From Candidatus Entotheonellaceae bacterium (lineage in GTDB: Bacteria > Tectomicrobia > Entotheonellia > Entotheonellales > Entotheonellaceae): a DNA stretch of 64,000 bases. The notes below the pieces were generated by a model. That model had not been told where the DNA came from. It did no database searches and saw nothing but the letters and a program-made list of their open reading frames with translations. Positions 35,876-46,050 of the stretch are shown here, one piece after another (within the stretch, counting starts at the first letter, position 1; each line of letters starts with the position of its first letter). A program made the position numbers and the translations under genes. The DNA lies in contig OZ250173.1 of NCBI GenBank assembly GCA_965238075.1, positions 1,152,001-1,216,000 on the forward strand. The letters are read 5' to 3'.

Positions 35876-35960
35876 TCCGAGGCGTGGGGGCTGGCAACCA
35901 GGAATCTCCCCCGGCACCGTTGGGGAAGCGGATTGAAACATTCACACCGGAGGTAAGAAA

Positions 35961-36812
35961 ATGACCACAGAAGGCTACGCCCACCCCGAGCTTCTTTGCG
36001 ACACGGAGTGGCTGGGGGACCATCTGGACGACCCCAACGTGCGCGTCGTGGACTGCGACCAGTTCATGGAGTATCGCCGCGGGCATATCCGCAACGCCGC
36101 GGCCATCATGGCCCCGCATCACTACGTCAAAGAACTCGGCTATGAGCGGGCTCCGAAGACGCACCCGCTGGTCATGCCGCAGGAGCCCTTCACCGACCTG
36201 ATGATGCGCATGGGCATCGACGACAACACGACCGTCGTCACCTACGACCAGTCGGCCAGCCTGTACGCCACGCGCTTCTGGTGGGTACTGGGCCTCTACG
36301 GCCACACCAACGTCAAGGTGCTCAACGGCGGCTGGCGCAAGTGGTTCGACGAAGGGCGGCCGCTATCCATCGATTCGCCGCCGGCCCGCGACACCAAGTG
36401 GGCACCACAGCGCCAGCGGGACTGGGTCTGCACCCTTGAGGACGGGCTGGCCGCGGTTGGCGACCCAGACACCATCTTCCTGGACGTGCGCTCGCCGGCA
36501 GAATGGGACGGCAGCAACGACCGCGGCAACAGCCGGGCCGGACGTATCCCCGGCGCCGTTCACCTGGAGTGGACGGACCTGATGGACACCGACCGCGCCC
36601 GCAACTTCCTGCCCGCCGACAAGATGCGGGTCATCCTGGCGGAGCGTGGCGTGACGCCGGACAAGAGAATCATTACGTATTGACAAGGTGGCATCCGTGC
36701 GGCGCACGGAATGTTTGTGTTGAGGCTTCTCGGCTACCCGCATGTTCGCAATTACGACGGCTCCATGAACGAATGGGCCAACCGCGACGACACGCCGCTG
36801 GTGCTCGATTAA
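35961..36812 (+). CDS. Tandem-domain rhodanese/sulfurtransferase, predicted selenoprotein (UGA at 36681)
   Basis: GHIRNA, GRIPGA, IITY*QGGIRAA; frame continues to YDGSMNEW and TAA at 36810-36812. Confidence 0.88.
36694..36710 (+). promoter_or_regulatory. Candidate bacterial SECIS hairpin
   Basis: Perfect 7-bp stem tccgtgc/gcacgga; loop GGC begins 17 nt after the UGA. Confidence 0.7.
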
Positions 36813-36887
36813 CGGACGTGTTTCGGAATCTTCTATGCGGATTATGTGGGTCGGATTAGCCGCAGGCGTAATCCGACATTGCGCTGA

Positions 36888-37487
36888 CTACACCCCACCG
36901 TCGAGGCAGCGTTGCCGCTCGGCGGCGGCGAAGGCTTGCAGCTTGGGAAAATAGTCGTGAAAGTCCTCGACAAAGTCGGGGAGTTGCGCGTCGAGGAGCG
37001 AAGCGAGCTTGGGGCTGAGATGGGTGATCCGCAAGCGGCTCAGGACGTACTGCAGCGCGCGGTCGCGCACGGCTGGCTCGGCATATCGCACTAGCAGGTC
37101 GGTGTCGATCATGCGCTCGATGAACGGCCTGCCTCTGTCGGGCACGTACGCATCGAACCGGCGCAGAGCAGTATAGACCTCGGCGGTGAAGTCGGTGAGG
37201 GCGACGCTGGCGTAGCGCGGCCACGTCAGCGCGAGGCAATGATCAGCCACGATGTCGAGCAGCACGGGCGCGGCCCGTCGCAACTCGACGTCGAAGCGCG
37301 CGATGCTGGGTTTCATGTCAGCCAAGCGGTTGGAAAACGCGTCGATGCGCCGGTGCAGGCGAATGCCGGCGCGCAGCTCGGTCGGCAGCGACTCGGGCAC
37401 CCTCCCCTTCACGAAATCGCCGAGCACCCCGCCGGCGATCCAACCCTGGCCGGGCCAGGCCAACAGGCAATGGGCGAGAAAGTTCAT
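36888..37487 (-). CDS. acpH: ACP phosphodiesterase
   Basis: MNFLAH, GDFVKG, GIRLHRRID, DHCLA. Confidence 0.88.
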   Translation of the reverse strand: MNFLAHCLLAWPGQGWIAGGVLGDFVKGRVPESLPTELRAGIRLHRRIDAFSNRLADMKPSIARFDVELRRAAPVLLDIVADHCLALTWPRYASVALTDFTAEVYTALRRFDAYVPDRGRPFIERMIDTDLLVRYAEPAVRDRALQYVLSRLRITHLSPKLASLLDAQLPDFVEDFHDYFPKLQAFAAAERQRCLDGGV

Positions 37488-37529
37488 ACGGTTAACGCCT
37501 GGGATTTGATTATCTTACCGGCGACTCCA

Positions 37530-38666
37530 CTACAAAGCCGGCCGGCTGGAAGTGCCGTAGCCGGTGAGTTCCACATAGCCCTTGCCCACCGGTAGGCCGT
37601 CCTGTAACAGCTTCACGGCCCCTTCCCAGTAATGTAGCGTGCCGATCAGGCTGCTGCGGTTCTCCTGGTCGGCCATCTCGACCACTATTTCCAGATCAAG
37701 CTGCTCCCGTGGAATGGTCAGGCGCCAGCGCGACGGGTAAACGCCTTCGGTGTGCGGGCTTTTCCAGCGTGCCTGACTGGTGACGGTGAAGGTTCCCCTG
37801 TCAAGGTACGTGGCGCTGCCGTCCGGGTACACGACCGTGCCGCTGGCGAAGTCGGTGGTGCCGTCCTCGCGCCGCAGGAGGAAGAGCATGACCTCTCGCC
37901 GGTCGTCGAGTTGCAGGCTGAACCAGTCCCAGCCGAGCTGGTGCGGCGCCAGAACGCTGGTGAAGAATTCCTTGTCCATCCAGCTTTCGCCGCTGACCTG
38001 CCACGTCTGGCCATCGAGGCTCAGGTGGCCGCTGGTTTGCAGCCGGGTGAAGCTGTAGTACAGGCTGGCGCCGCTGCCGGATTGCGTTTTGCGGCTGTAG
38101 CCGTTGGGGCCTTGGAAGACGAGAGGTTTGCCGGGCTGCGTGGACAGTGAGAAGGCCATACCCTGCGCGTCGTCGCGCATGTCGAAATCGAAGCCGCTGC
38201 CGTTCCACGATAGCCGCCATTGGCCGGGGGTGCCGGCCGGCGCTTGGCTCCAGGCGATCAGCGGCAAACTCGCTTCGCTCGCTCGCTGTGGCCAGTCCCC
38301 GAAGCCGCCCAACAGCGGGACGGCGCGGTAGATCACCTCGCTGAAGCGGTGCTCGTTGCGGTCCAAGTCGCTGACCGCGGCGTGGCCCATGATCAGGCCG
38401 CGGGCCGCCCAGGCGGAATCCGCATCGGGTGCCGTTGGCAGCACGCCGACGCGGAAGAACGTGAACTGGTAGCCGAAGCGCCGCCCGTCGTCGGCCTGCA
38501 AATGGCCGGTGAAGTACCACCATTCCGTTTTGTAACCCTCGTGCGCCCAGTGGTCGCGGGGGAACGACCAAACATAGTCCGGTTGCGCCGTTTTCCAGTC
38601 GTTGGCTGCCACCGGGTTCAAAACGCCGAGGATCAGCAGCGCGATGAGTACCCGTTTCATCGTCAA
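37530..38666 (-). CDS. AttH-like lipocalin-fold secreted protein
   Basis: FPRDH, EWWYFTG, WMDKEF, GWDWFSL, YWEG, GYVELTGY. Confidence 0.9.
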   Translation of the reverse strand: MTMKRVLIALLILGVLNPVAANDWKTAQPDYVWSFPRDHWAHEGYKTEWWYFTGHLQADDGRRFGYQFTFFRVGVLPTAPDADSAWAARGLIMGHAAVSDLDRNEHRFSEVIYRAVPLLGGFGDWPQRASEASLPLIAWSQAPAGTPGQWRLSWNGSGFDFDMRDDAQGMAFSLSTQPGKPLVFQGPNGYSRKTQSGSGASLYYSFTRLQTSGHLSLDGQTWQVSGESWMDKEFFTSVLAPHQLGWDWFSLQLDDRREVMLFLLRREDGTTDFASGTVVYPDGSATYLDRGTFTVTSQARWKSPHTEGVYPSRWRLTIPREQLDLEIVVEMADQENRSSLIGTLHYWEGAVKLLQDGLPVGKGYVELTGYGTSSRPAL

Positions 38667-38675
38667 TCCTCCTCG

Positions 38676-41243
38676 CTACAAATCGTCCCGGCTCAACGCC
38701 GCCGCGCCTCGGGCTACCAAGCTTTGTCCCGCCCACCCTACGCGGAACGCCGGATACAGGCTCGCCAGCACGGCAGCGCCGAGAATGGTCGCCGCCTGCT
38801 GAGCGATCAGGCCCCAATCCACGTACGGCTGAATCGTCCAGCCAAAATAGGCGCGGTTGATGACGTAGATCAGCAATCCGGCCAGCAGCACCCCGCCGAT
38901 GCTGCCCAGCGCCAGGCCCATGACGCCCATGCTCAGGCCCTTGCCCACGAAGACGCCGAAGAGTTGCCGCCCCCTGGCGCCGAGCGAGCGGCACAGCGCC
39001 AGTTCCGAGACCTGCTCGCGCGCCAGCACCAGCAGCATGAGGGCGATACCGCAGACGGCGATGAGCAGGCTCATGAACTGCAGCAGGCGTGTAATCGCGA
39101 ACGTCTGGTCGAAGATGGCCAGCACCTCCTCGCGCAGGCGGCGATTGCTCCGCACCTCGAGCGGCGCATTCGCTAGCGCGGCCTGCAGTTCCGCTACCAC
39201 AGCGGCCACGTCGGCGCCGGGGCGCAGGTACAGGGCGGTGCTGCTGACAGGACCCGGGCCGAACGCCTGCGCCATGGTGCGCAGGTCCATGGCCGCGGCG
39301 CCGTCGCCAGCGCTGTAATCGTAATACACGGCCGCGACGGGAAAGCGCTGCACGCCGGTGGGCGTGTGAATGGGCAGGACGTCGCCGACCCACACGCCGG
39401 CCTTGCGGGCCAGCGTCTCGCCGACGAAAACGCCGCGGCGCTCGCGCACCGCCTCGTACGGATTGGGCAGCGCGCCGGGAAGAAAGGGAAAGCGGCTGAG
39501 CCCTTGCGCCAAGCCCATCTCGACGCCGGAAATGGTGATGCGCCGGACGGTGGCCGTCTGCCAGTCGCCCGTGTAGCCGTGAAATCGCCGCAGGCGGTCG
39601 ACGGCCTGCACCGCTGGATGGCCCGTGACGCTGGCCATGACGTGCGGCTCCAGGCCGCCGTCGCTTCCGGTGCCACGCCACGAAGCCGGGGCGATGTACA
39701 CGTCTGCCTGGATCGAGGTGCCGATCCACACGCTGAGGGTCTGGCGAAAGCTGCCGATCATCAGGGTGATGCCGATCAGCATGCTGACCGCCACCGCCAG
39801 CGACGCCACCGCCACCGAGGTCGTCTGCAGCCGCACGCCGAGCCCCTTCAGGCTGTAGCCGAGACCGAAGCCCCGCACCCGAATACGGGCGCACAACTCG
39901 CGCACCAGCAGCGGGGTCAGCAGCGGCAGGGTGAGCAGCAGCACCACGGCGAGCACGAACCCGGCGTGCTGCCAATGGCGGCCGTGCAGACCGTACCAGG
40001 CGGCGGCCGTCAGCGGCAGCGCCACGCCGAGGGCGAACAGGCGCGGCGCCAGGCTGCCGACGGTTTCGTGCAGCGTGAAGGCCGACAGCAGCGCTCGGGT
40101 ATCGCGGCGCGCCATGTCGAGGGCGGGCAGCAGCGCCCCGACCACGGCGCCGCCGATGCCGATGCCGATGCCGAGGACGTACAGCCACGTCGTCATCTCC
40201 AGGCGGGCGATTTCTTCCAGCAAATAGAGATTGCTGAGCGTGGCGCTGACCACGCGCACGTTGGCCTGCGCCACGCCGTAGCCCAGCGGTAGGCCGAGGG
40301 CGGCGCCGAGGCCGCCCAGCAGGCCGACCTCGGTGATGATGAGTGCAAACACCTGGCGGCGCGTGGCCCCCAGCGAGCGCAGCAAGCCGAATTCCTCGCG
40401 CCGCCGCACCAGGGCCGCCTGGGTGCTACTGTAGACGAGAAACACGCCGACAAACAGGCTGATAAGGCTGAGTGCGGTGAGATTGAGCTGAAACGCCGAC
40501 AGCAAGCCCTTGGCCTGCGCTTCCCGCTGTTCCGGCGTCACCACCCGCACGGCCGGGCCGAGGCGCTCTTGCAGGCGCGCCCGCATGGCGGCGGTGTCGG
40601 CGCCGTCGATGAGTTTGACGTCGATCTGATGGATGGCGCCGGCATCGCCGAACAGACTCTGTGCCTGGGCGATGTCCATGACCGCCAGTTTGGGACTGGC
40701 CAGCGGATTGAGGGCGTGAAAATCGACCAACGCGCCGACCGTCAGATGCACCAGCCGGGAACCCCACGACACCGTGAAGGCGTCGCCGACGCGCCAGCCC
40801 ATTTGCTCGGCCAGGAGCGGTGTCAGGGCCACCCAACCCGGTTGGCTGAGGGCCGCCGCCGGGTCTCCCGGCTCGCCTTGCCAGGGGATGTCGACCGGCG
40901 TGAAGAAATCGACGCCGATGAGGTCGAGCATGCCGTCATCACGGCCGGATAAGGCCACGGCGGCACGCCACAGCGGCCAGGCCGCCTGCACGCCGGGCGT
41001 GGGCAGGACGCGCGGGTAGAGGTCTTCGGGGAAGCTCGGTGTGTAGCCGAGCACGCTGAGGTCGGCCTCGCCGCTGACCGCCTTGACGCTGCCCGCGAAG
41101 GCGGCGATGGCGTTGCGGTTGATGATCTGGATCGACAGCACCGCGGCCACGCCGAGGGCCACACCGAGAATGGTGAGCAGGTACAGGCTGCCGCCGGCTC
41201 GCAGGTGGGCCGCCATGGCGGTGACGAAATAGCGCCGCATCAT
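38676..41243 (-). CDS. ABC permease, double FtsX domain (AttF/G-like)
   Basis: GVALGVA, FQLNLTALS, LRSLGA, IFDQTFAIT. Confidence 0.88.
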   Translation of the reverse strand: MMRRYFVTAMAAHLRAGGSLYLLTILGVALGVAAVLSIQIINRNAIAAFAGSVKAVSGEADLSVLGYTPSFPEDLYPRVLPTPGVQAAWPLWRAAVALSGRDDGMLDLIGVDFFTPVDIPWQGEPGDPAAALSQPGWVALTPLLAEQMGWRVGDAFTVSWGSRLVHLTVGALVDFHALNPLASPKLAVMDIAQAQSLFGDAGAIHQIDVKLIDGADTAAMRARLQERLGPAVRVVTPEQREAQAKGLLSAFQLNLTALSLISLFVGVFLVYSSTQAALVRRREEFGLLRSLGATRRQVFALIITEVGLLGGLGAALGLPLGYGVAQANVRVVSATLSNLYLLEEIARLEMTTWLYVLGIGIGIGGAVVGALLPALDMARRDTRALLSAFTLHETVGSLAPRLFALGVALPLTAAAWYGLHGRHWQHAGFVLAVVLLLTLPLLTPLLVRELCARIRVRGFGLGYSLKGLGVRLQTTSVAVASLAVAVSMLIGITLMIGSFRQTLSVWIGTSIQADVYIAPASWRGTGSDGGLEPHVMASVTGHPAVQAVDRLRRFHGYTGDWQTATVRRITISGVEMGLAQGLSRFPFLPGALPNPYEAVRERRGVFVGETLARKAGVWVGDVLPIHTPTGVQRFPVAAVYYDYSAGDGAAAMDLRTMAQAFGPGPVSSTALYLRPGADVAAVVAELQAALANAPLEVRSNRRLREEVLAIFDQTFAITRLLQFMSLLIAVCGIALMLLVLAREQVSELALCRSLGARGRQLFGVFVGKGLSMGVMGLALGSIGGVLLAGLLIYVINRAYFGWTIQPYVDWGLIAQQAATILGAAVLASLYPAFRVGWAGQSLVARGAAALSRDDL

Positions 41244-41983
41244 GACGGGTGAGGGGCGGCGGGCGCCTCGGCCTCGGCGTGCGGACTCAGGACACCGCTG
41301 TGCAGACGCCAGACCTCGTCCGCCAGGGCAGACACCTCGCGGCTGTGGGTTACGAAGATGAGCGTGCCGCCTTCCTCGGCGACCAGCGACAGCATCAACT
41401 CCATGACGCGCCAGCCGTTCTCGTCGTCGAGGTTGCCGGTGGGCTCGTCGGCGAGCAGCAGGTGGGGTCGGCGCATCAGGGCGCGGCAGATGGCGACGCG
41501 CTGCATCTCGCCGCCGGAGAGCTTTTGCACCCGTTCGTGGGTGCGGTCACTCAGGCCGACACGGTCCAGAAGCTGCGCCACGCGGGGCTCGAACCGTCGC
41601 GGTTTGTCCCCGGCGATGAGGGAAGGCAGGGCGACGTTGTCATGCACCGACAAGTGAGGCATGAGGTAGAAGAATTGGAAGACGAGGCCGACGTGATCGC
41701 GCCGCAGGGTGGTGCGGGCGGTTTCGGACATTTCAGCTAGGGAGCGGCCCATGACCCGGACGTCGCCGCGGGTGGGGACGTCGATGCCGGCGGCGAGGTG
41801 CAGCAGGGTGGACTTGCCGCTGCCGCTGCGGCCCACGATGGCGATGCGGCGGCCCTCCGGCACCGCGAACGACAGGTTGTGCAGAACGTGCCGCTGCTCG
41901 CCGCTTGGGGCCGCGTAAGCCTTGCTCACAGCGTCGAACGCGAGGACTGCTGTCGAGTTGTCGGCCACGGGCTGGCTTTCCAT
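41240..41983 (-). CDS. ABC ATP-binding protein (LolD/AttE-like)
   Basis: GRSGSGKST, LSGGEMQR, DEPTGNLD. Confidence 0.92.
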   Translation of the reverse strand: MESQPVADNSTAVLAFDAVSKAYAAPSGEQRHVLHNLSFAVPEGRRIAIVGRSGSGKSTLLHLAAGIDVPTRGDVRVMGRSLAEMSETARTTLRRDHVGLVFQFFYLMPHLSVHDNVALPSLIAGDKPRRFEPRVAQLLDRVGLSDRTHERVQKLSGGEMQRVAICRALMRRPHLLLADEPTGNLDDENGWRVMELMLSLVAEEGGTLIFVTHSREVSALADEVWRLHSGVLSPHAEAEAPAAPHPS

Positions 41984-42001
41984 GCGAGGCGGGCGCTTGG
42001 G

Positions 42002-43057
42002 CTACGGGTAGCAGGCGTAGACAGTGTTCATCTGGTCGTGCGGATCGGCCACCTCAACGCGGGTGAATCCCGTCTCAGCCAGCATGCGGCGGGCCAACTG
42101 CTCGCCCCACACGGTGCCGAGCCCGGCGCCGTCGTGGGCCAGCGACACGGTCATGCAGTGCATCACGCTGACGGAGTAGAGCGCCGGCGCGACGGACATG
42201 CCGATGTTGTCGGCGAGATCGCTGGAGGCTTTGATGTCGAGCATCAGAAACGTGCCGTCGGGGGCCAGGGCGTCACGAATCTGGTTCAGCACGCCCCGGG
42301 GATCGACCTGATCGTGGATGGCGTCGAAGGCGGTAATCAGATCGAACTTCGGTTCCGTGGGGAAGTGGCGCACGTCCTGCACGTCGAAGCTGGCGTTGTT
42401 CAGGCCGCATGCCTGGGCCTCGTCGCGGGCGCTTTCGATGGCGTCCTGGCCGATGTCATAGCCGACGAAGGTGGAGGCCGGGAAGGCTTGCGCCATCAGG
42501 TTGGCGGCGTGGCCGGTGCCGCAACCGACGTCGCAGGCGCGCAGGCCGCGGCTGAGGCGCTCCGTGAGGCCGGGCACCGCCGGCAGGTAGTTGCTGAGCA
42601 GAAAGCGGTCGTGCCGGCGACGGCTACCGAGGTTCTGGAAGGTGGTGAAATCAGGCCGAAAGGCGGTATACGGCACGCCGCCGCCGTTCTTGAAGGCTTC
42701 GGTGACGCCTTGCACGTGTTTGGTGAACAGCACGGTGCGGTGCGCGAAGGCGGTCACGTTGTCGATGCCGGTGAGCAGGCCGGCGTGTTCAGGTGGCAGG
42801 GTGTAGGTGAGGGTGTCGGCATCGTATTCGAAGATGCCGCCGGTGACCATGGCGCCGAGCCATTCGCGCACGTAGCGTTCCTGCAGGCCGGCGCGCTCGG
42901 CGAGCTGCTGGCTGCTGGCCGAGCCCTGGGCGGCGGCGTCGAAGAGGCCGAGATCGTCGCCGATCTTCAGCATCAGGTTGAGCATGCCGCCGTTGTTAAT
43001 GCCCGCCAAGGTGTGCCGAAAGGTGCGTAGCTTTTGTTGATCGAGGTTCGCCGCCAT
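42002..43057 (-). CDS. Class I SAM methyltransferase with N-terminal winged helix
   Basis: ERYVREWL, DVGCGTG, FDAIHD. Confidence 0.9.
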   Translation of the reverse strand: MAANLDQQKLRTFRHTLAGINNGGMLNLMLKIGDDLGLFDAAAQGSASSQQLAERAGLQERYVREWLGAMVTGGIFEYDADTLTYTLPPEHAGLLTGIDNVTAFAHRTVLFTKHVQGVTEAFKNGGGVPYTAFRPDFTTFQNLGSRRRHDRFLLSNYLPAVPGLTERLSRGLRACDVGCGTGHAANLMAQAFPASTFVGYDIGQDAIESARDEAQACGLNNASFDVQDVRHFPTEPKFDLITAFDAIHDQVDPRGVLNQIRDALAPDGTFLMLDIKASSDLADNIGMSVAPALYSVSVMHCMTVSLAHDGAGLGTVWGEQLARRMLAETGFTRVEVADPHDQMNTVYACYP

Positions 43058-43265
43058 TGCCTGTCTCCCCTGGTTGTCGTGCCGCTCAAAGCCCCCTGGT
43101 CAAAGGGCGAGTATCGACGATTGCCGGGCGGAAGACAAGGCATAGTCACGCGCCTGGACCGTTGCACGGGGCGTCGGGTGCGGTGATAATGTCTTGCTGC
43201 TTGGCATGCCGGATTACGCTGCGCGAATCTGACCTGTTTTCATATCCATACTAAGGAATTAAAAA

Positions 43266-44018
43266 ATGAGTGGTGGCTACGATATCGAGTTTTTCTGGGA
43301 TCCGGTGTGCCCCTTTGCGTGGATCACCTCGCGGTGGGTGGAGAAGGTGGCGGCGCAGACGGGTTACCGGGTGGATTGGCGTTTCATCTCGCTGCGGCTG
43401 CTGAACAAGCACAAGGACTATGCAACCGAGTTCCCACCCGATTATGAGCATTTCCACGGCGCCGGGCTGCGCATGCTGCGGGTCGCCGCCAAGGTACGGG
43501 CCGAGTTGGGCCGCGAGCACATGGGGCCGCTGTACGCGGCGTACGGCCAAGCCTATTGGGAGCAGGAGAAGGGCTCCGGCATGCGCCAGCGGCTGGGCAC
43601 CGCGGCGCACATCAGCGACACCCTGATCGCGGCCGGGCTGCCCACGACGTTCGCCGCCGCGGCTGACGACACCGGCTGGGACGCGGAGCTTGAGGCCGAG
43701 ACCGACCTGGCGCTCAGCCGCACCGGGCGCGACGTCGGCACCCCCATCATCACCTTCGAGCCGCCCGATGGGCTGTCGTTCTTCGGCCCGGTGATCTCGC
43801 GCGTGCCTAGCGATGCAGACGCCGTGACGCTGTGGAACGCCGTCATCACCCTGGCGCGGTTTCCCGGCTTTGCCGAACTCAAGCGCAGCCTGCGCGAAGT
43901 GCCGCAACTACGCCTGCTGGGCGCCCTCAGCGATGCCCCGGAACAGGAGGACTGGCAAGGCGGCCATCGTGCCGACGCGCTGCCGGGCGCGCAGGATGAG
44001 GGTAAAGACAAGGAGTGA
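43266..44018 (+). CDS. DsbA-like thioredoxin-fold protein (Rv2466c-like)
   Basis: FFWDPVCPFAWITSRW, DVGTP, FFGPVI. Confidence 0.85.
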   Translation: MSGGYDIEFFWDPVCPFAWITSRWVEKVAAQTGYRVDWRFISLRLLNKHKDYATEFPPDYEHFHGAGLRMLRVAAKVRAELGREHMGPLYAAYGQAYWEQEKGSGMRQRLGTAAHISDTLIAAGLPTTFAAAADDTGWDAELEAETDLALSRTGRDVGTPIITFEPPDGLSFFGPVISRVPSDADAVTLWNAVITLARFPGFAELKRSLREVPQLRLLGALSDAPEQEDWQGGHRADALPGAQDEGKDKE

Positions 44019-44022
44019 CGCC

Positions 44023-44661
44023 ATGGCCCTGTCGACGAGCGACATGACGGTTGCTGATCTGCTGGAGCGCTTCGGCCCGATCCCTGCCGCGCGCATTCGC
44101 ACCGATCCGCCGCCGGGCACCGCCACCGAGCAGGACGTGATCGACATCGAGAACCGGGAGTCCCGTCTCTGCGAGCTGGTGGACGGCGTGTTGGTGGAGA
44201 AAACTGTGGGTTATTACGAATCGTATCTGACTGTGCGGCTTATCTTGTTGATCGGTGCGTTCGTGGAACAACACAATCTCGGTTGCGTAACTGGCGCAGA
44301 CGGTATGATGCGCCTTGCGCCGGGCCTGGTGCGTATCCCCGACGTTTCGTTCGTCTCGTGGAATCAGTTGCCTGGGCGTCGTGTTCCACGAGTGCCGATC
44401 GCCGAACTGGCGCCGGATTTGGCAGTGGAGGTGATCAGTCCAAGTAACACAGCCCGGGAAATGGAACGAAAACTCCAGGACTTCTTGACCGCTCGCGTAC
44501 GGCTGGTGTGGTATGTGCTGCCGGTGCCTCAGGAGGTCCACGTGTACACCGCTGAGCGGCATGACGTTTTGACCATTGACCAGGAGCTTTCCGGCGGCGA
44601 CGTGCTGCCGGGGTTTGCGCTGCCGCTGCGGCGGCTGTTTGAAGAATCGGAGGATAGGTAA
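44023..44661 (+). CDS. Uma2 family endonuclease
   Basis: ELVDG, PDVSFV, PDLAVEVISPS, VLPGF. Confidence 0.9.
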   Translation: MALSTSDMTVADLLERFGPIPAARIRTDPPPGTATEQDVIDIENRESRLCELVDGVLVEKTVGYYESYLTVRLILLIGAFVEQHNLGCVTGADGMMRLAPGLVRIPDVSFVSWNQLPGRRVPRVPIAELAPDLAVEVISPSNTAREMERKLQDFLTARVRLVWYVLPVPQEVHVYTAERHDVLTIDQELSGGDVLPGFALPLRRLFEESEDR

Positions 44662-45518
44662 TGCAGGCCGAAACGCTGGGTGTTTGGTACGGCGCCGACA
44701 AGCTGGAACCGGCGCAGTGGATCGACTTCGTGACGACGGTGGAGCGGCTGGGCTACGATACGCAGTGGTATTCCGAGGCGATGGGGTTCGAATCCATGGC
44801 GTTCGGGAGCTTTCTGCTGGCTAACACGCAGCGGCTGAAAATTGGCAGCTCGATTGCCAACATCTATGCCCGCGACGTTGTGGCCTCGCGCAACGGGCTG
44901 AAAACGCTGGGGCGCATTTCGAATGACCGCTACGTGCTGGGTCTGGGCGTCTCGCACGTGCCGCTGGTGGAGCGCTTTCGCGGCCACACGTATGGCAAAC
45001 CGGTGGCGGCCATGCGCCATTACCTCGAACAGATGCGCGCCGAGCAGCCCGACGCCGATACCTGGCCGGTGGTTATCGCGGCTCTGGGGCCTCGCATGCT
45101 GGAACTGGCTGCCGAACTGACCCAGGGCGCCATTCCCTACAACGTGACGCCCGAGCATACCGCGCAGGCACGCTCGATCCTCGGCCCGGACAAATGGCTG
45201 GCCGTGGAACAGAAATTCTGCCTGGAGAGCGACCCCGCCAAGGCGCTGGAACTGGCACGTACCGAATTGTCGCGCTACATGGTGCTGCCCAACTATACCA
45301 ACAACTGGCGGCGCCTCGGCTTCAGCGGATCCGACCTGCAGGACGGCAGCAACGCCCGCTTTCTGAACGCCATGGTCGTGTGGGGTGACGAGGCCGCCGT
45401 CCGCGCCCGTATCCGGGAGCACTTCGACGCCGGCGCCACGCAGGTCTGCCTCCAACCCGTCCATCCCCAGGGCGACCTTGCCGGCGCCAAGGCGATGCTC
45501 ACCGCGCTGGCGCCGTAA
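44661..45518 (+). CDS. LLM class F420-dependent oxidoreductase
   Basis: IANIYARD, LGLGVSH, AALGPRML. Confidence 0.88.
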   Translation: MQAETLGVWYGADKLEPAQWIDFVTTVERLGYDTQWYSEAMGFESMAFGSFLLANTQRLKIGSSIANIYARDVVASRNGLKTLGRISNDRYVLGLGVSHVPLVERFRGHTYGKPVAAMRHYLEQMRAEQPDADTWPVVIAALGPRMLELAAELTQGAIPYNVTPEHTAQARSILGPDKWLAVEQKFCLESDPAKALELARTELSRYMVLPNYTNNWRRLGFSGSDLQDGSNARFLNAMVVWGDEAAVRARIREHFDAGATQVCLQPVHPQGDLAGAKAMLTALAP

Positions 45519-46050
45519 TAGTCATTATCCGATACGCTTAAAAATGCTGTGCGATCTGTTGGCCGTGTGTGGCCGAATCTTCGTCGGCCACTCGCCCTTT
45601 TCCGACTCCGCCAGCCAGGCGTCGCTGCTCGGCGTTTCCGGCGAGTCGATGTGATACACGGCGGCATACCTGGCCATGCCCTCGGCATTGCTCGACTCCA
45701 GCCGATACCGGTCGCAGCCGTGCACCCCCGGCGCTTTCAGGATATTGGGCACGTGCTCGGTGTCGTATACCCGGTTGAACTCGTCCTCCATCTCCGCCGG
45801 AATGTCCATCTGCACGAGATAAACGTAGTCCGCCATAGCGCCTCCATGATCTGACCTGAAAGGTTTGATTTGCTGGGAGTAAACGGGCACTGAGGTCGGT
45901 ATGGTAGCACCCGCCCGACATGGCAACAACAGCGCGAGGGGCAAGGTTCAGCGTCAATGTCCAGGAGCGTAACTGTCAGAATTGCCGCCAGGCGTTGATC
46001 CGTTCTCCCAGTGGGACGAGGAACTCGGCAAGCTCGGGCTGGCTGTCCTG
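45333..46050 (+). repeat. Direct repeat copy 1 (LLM 3' end + small gene + spacer + ATPase 3' end)
   Basis: Homologous to 50970-51720; 45567-45783 appears identical to 51207-51423. Confidence 0.9.
45525..45836 (-). CDS. EthD-like/dimeric alpha-beta barrel protein, copy 1
   Basis: 103 aa; EFNRVYDTEHVPNILKAPG; RBS ggagg. Confidence 0.75.
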   Translation of the reverse strand: MADYVYLVQMDIPAEMEDEFNRVYDTEHVPNILKAPGVHGCDRYRLESSNAEGMARYAAVYHIDSPETPSSDAWLAESEKGEWPTKIRPHTANRSHSIFKRIG

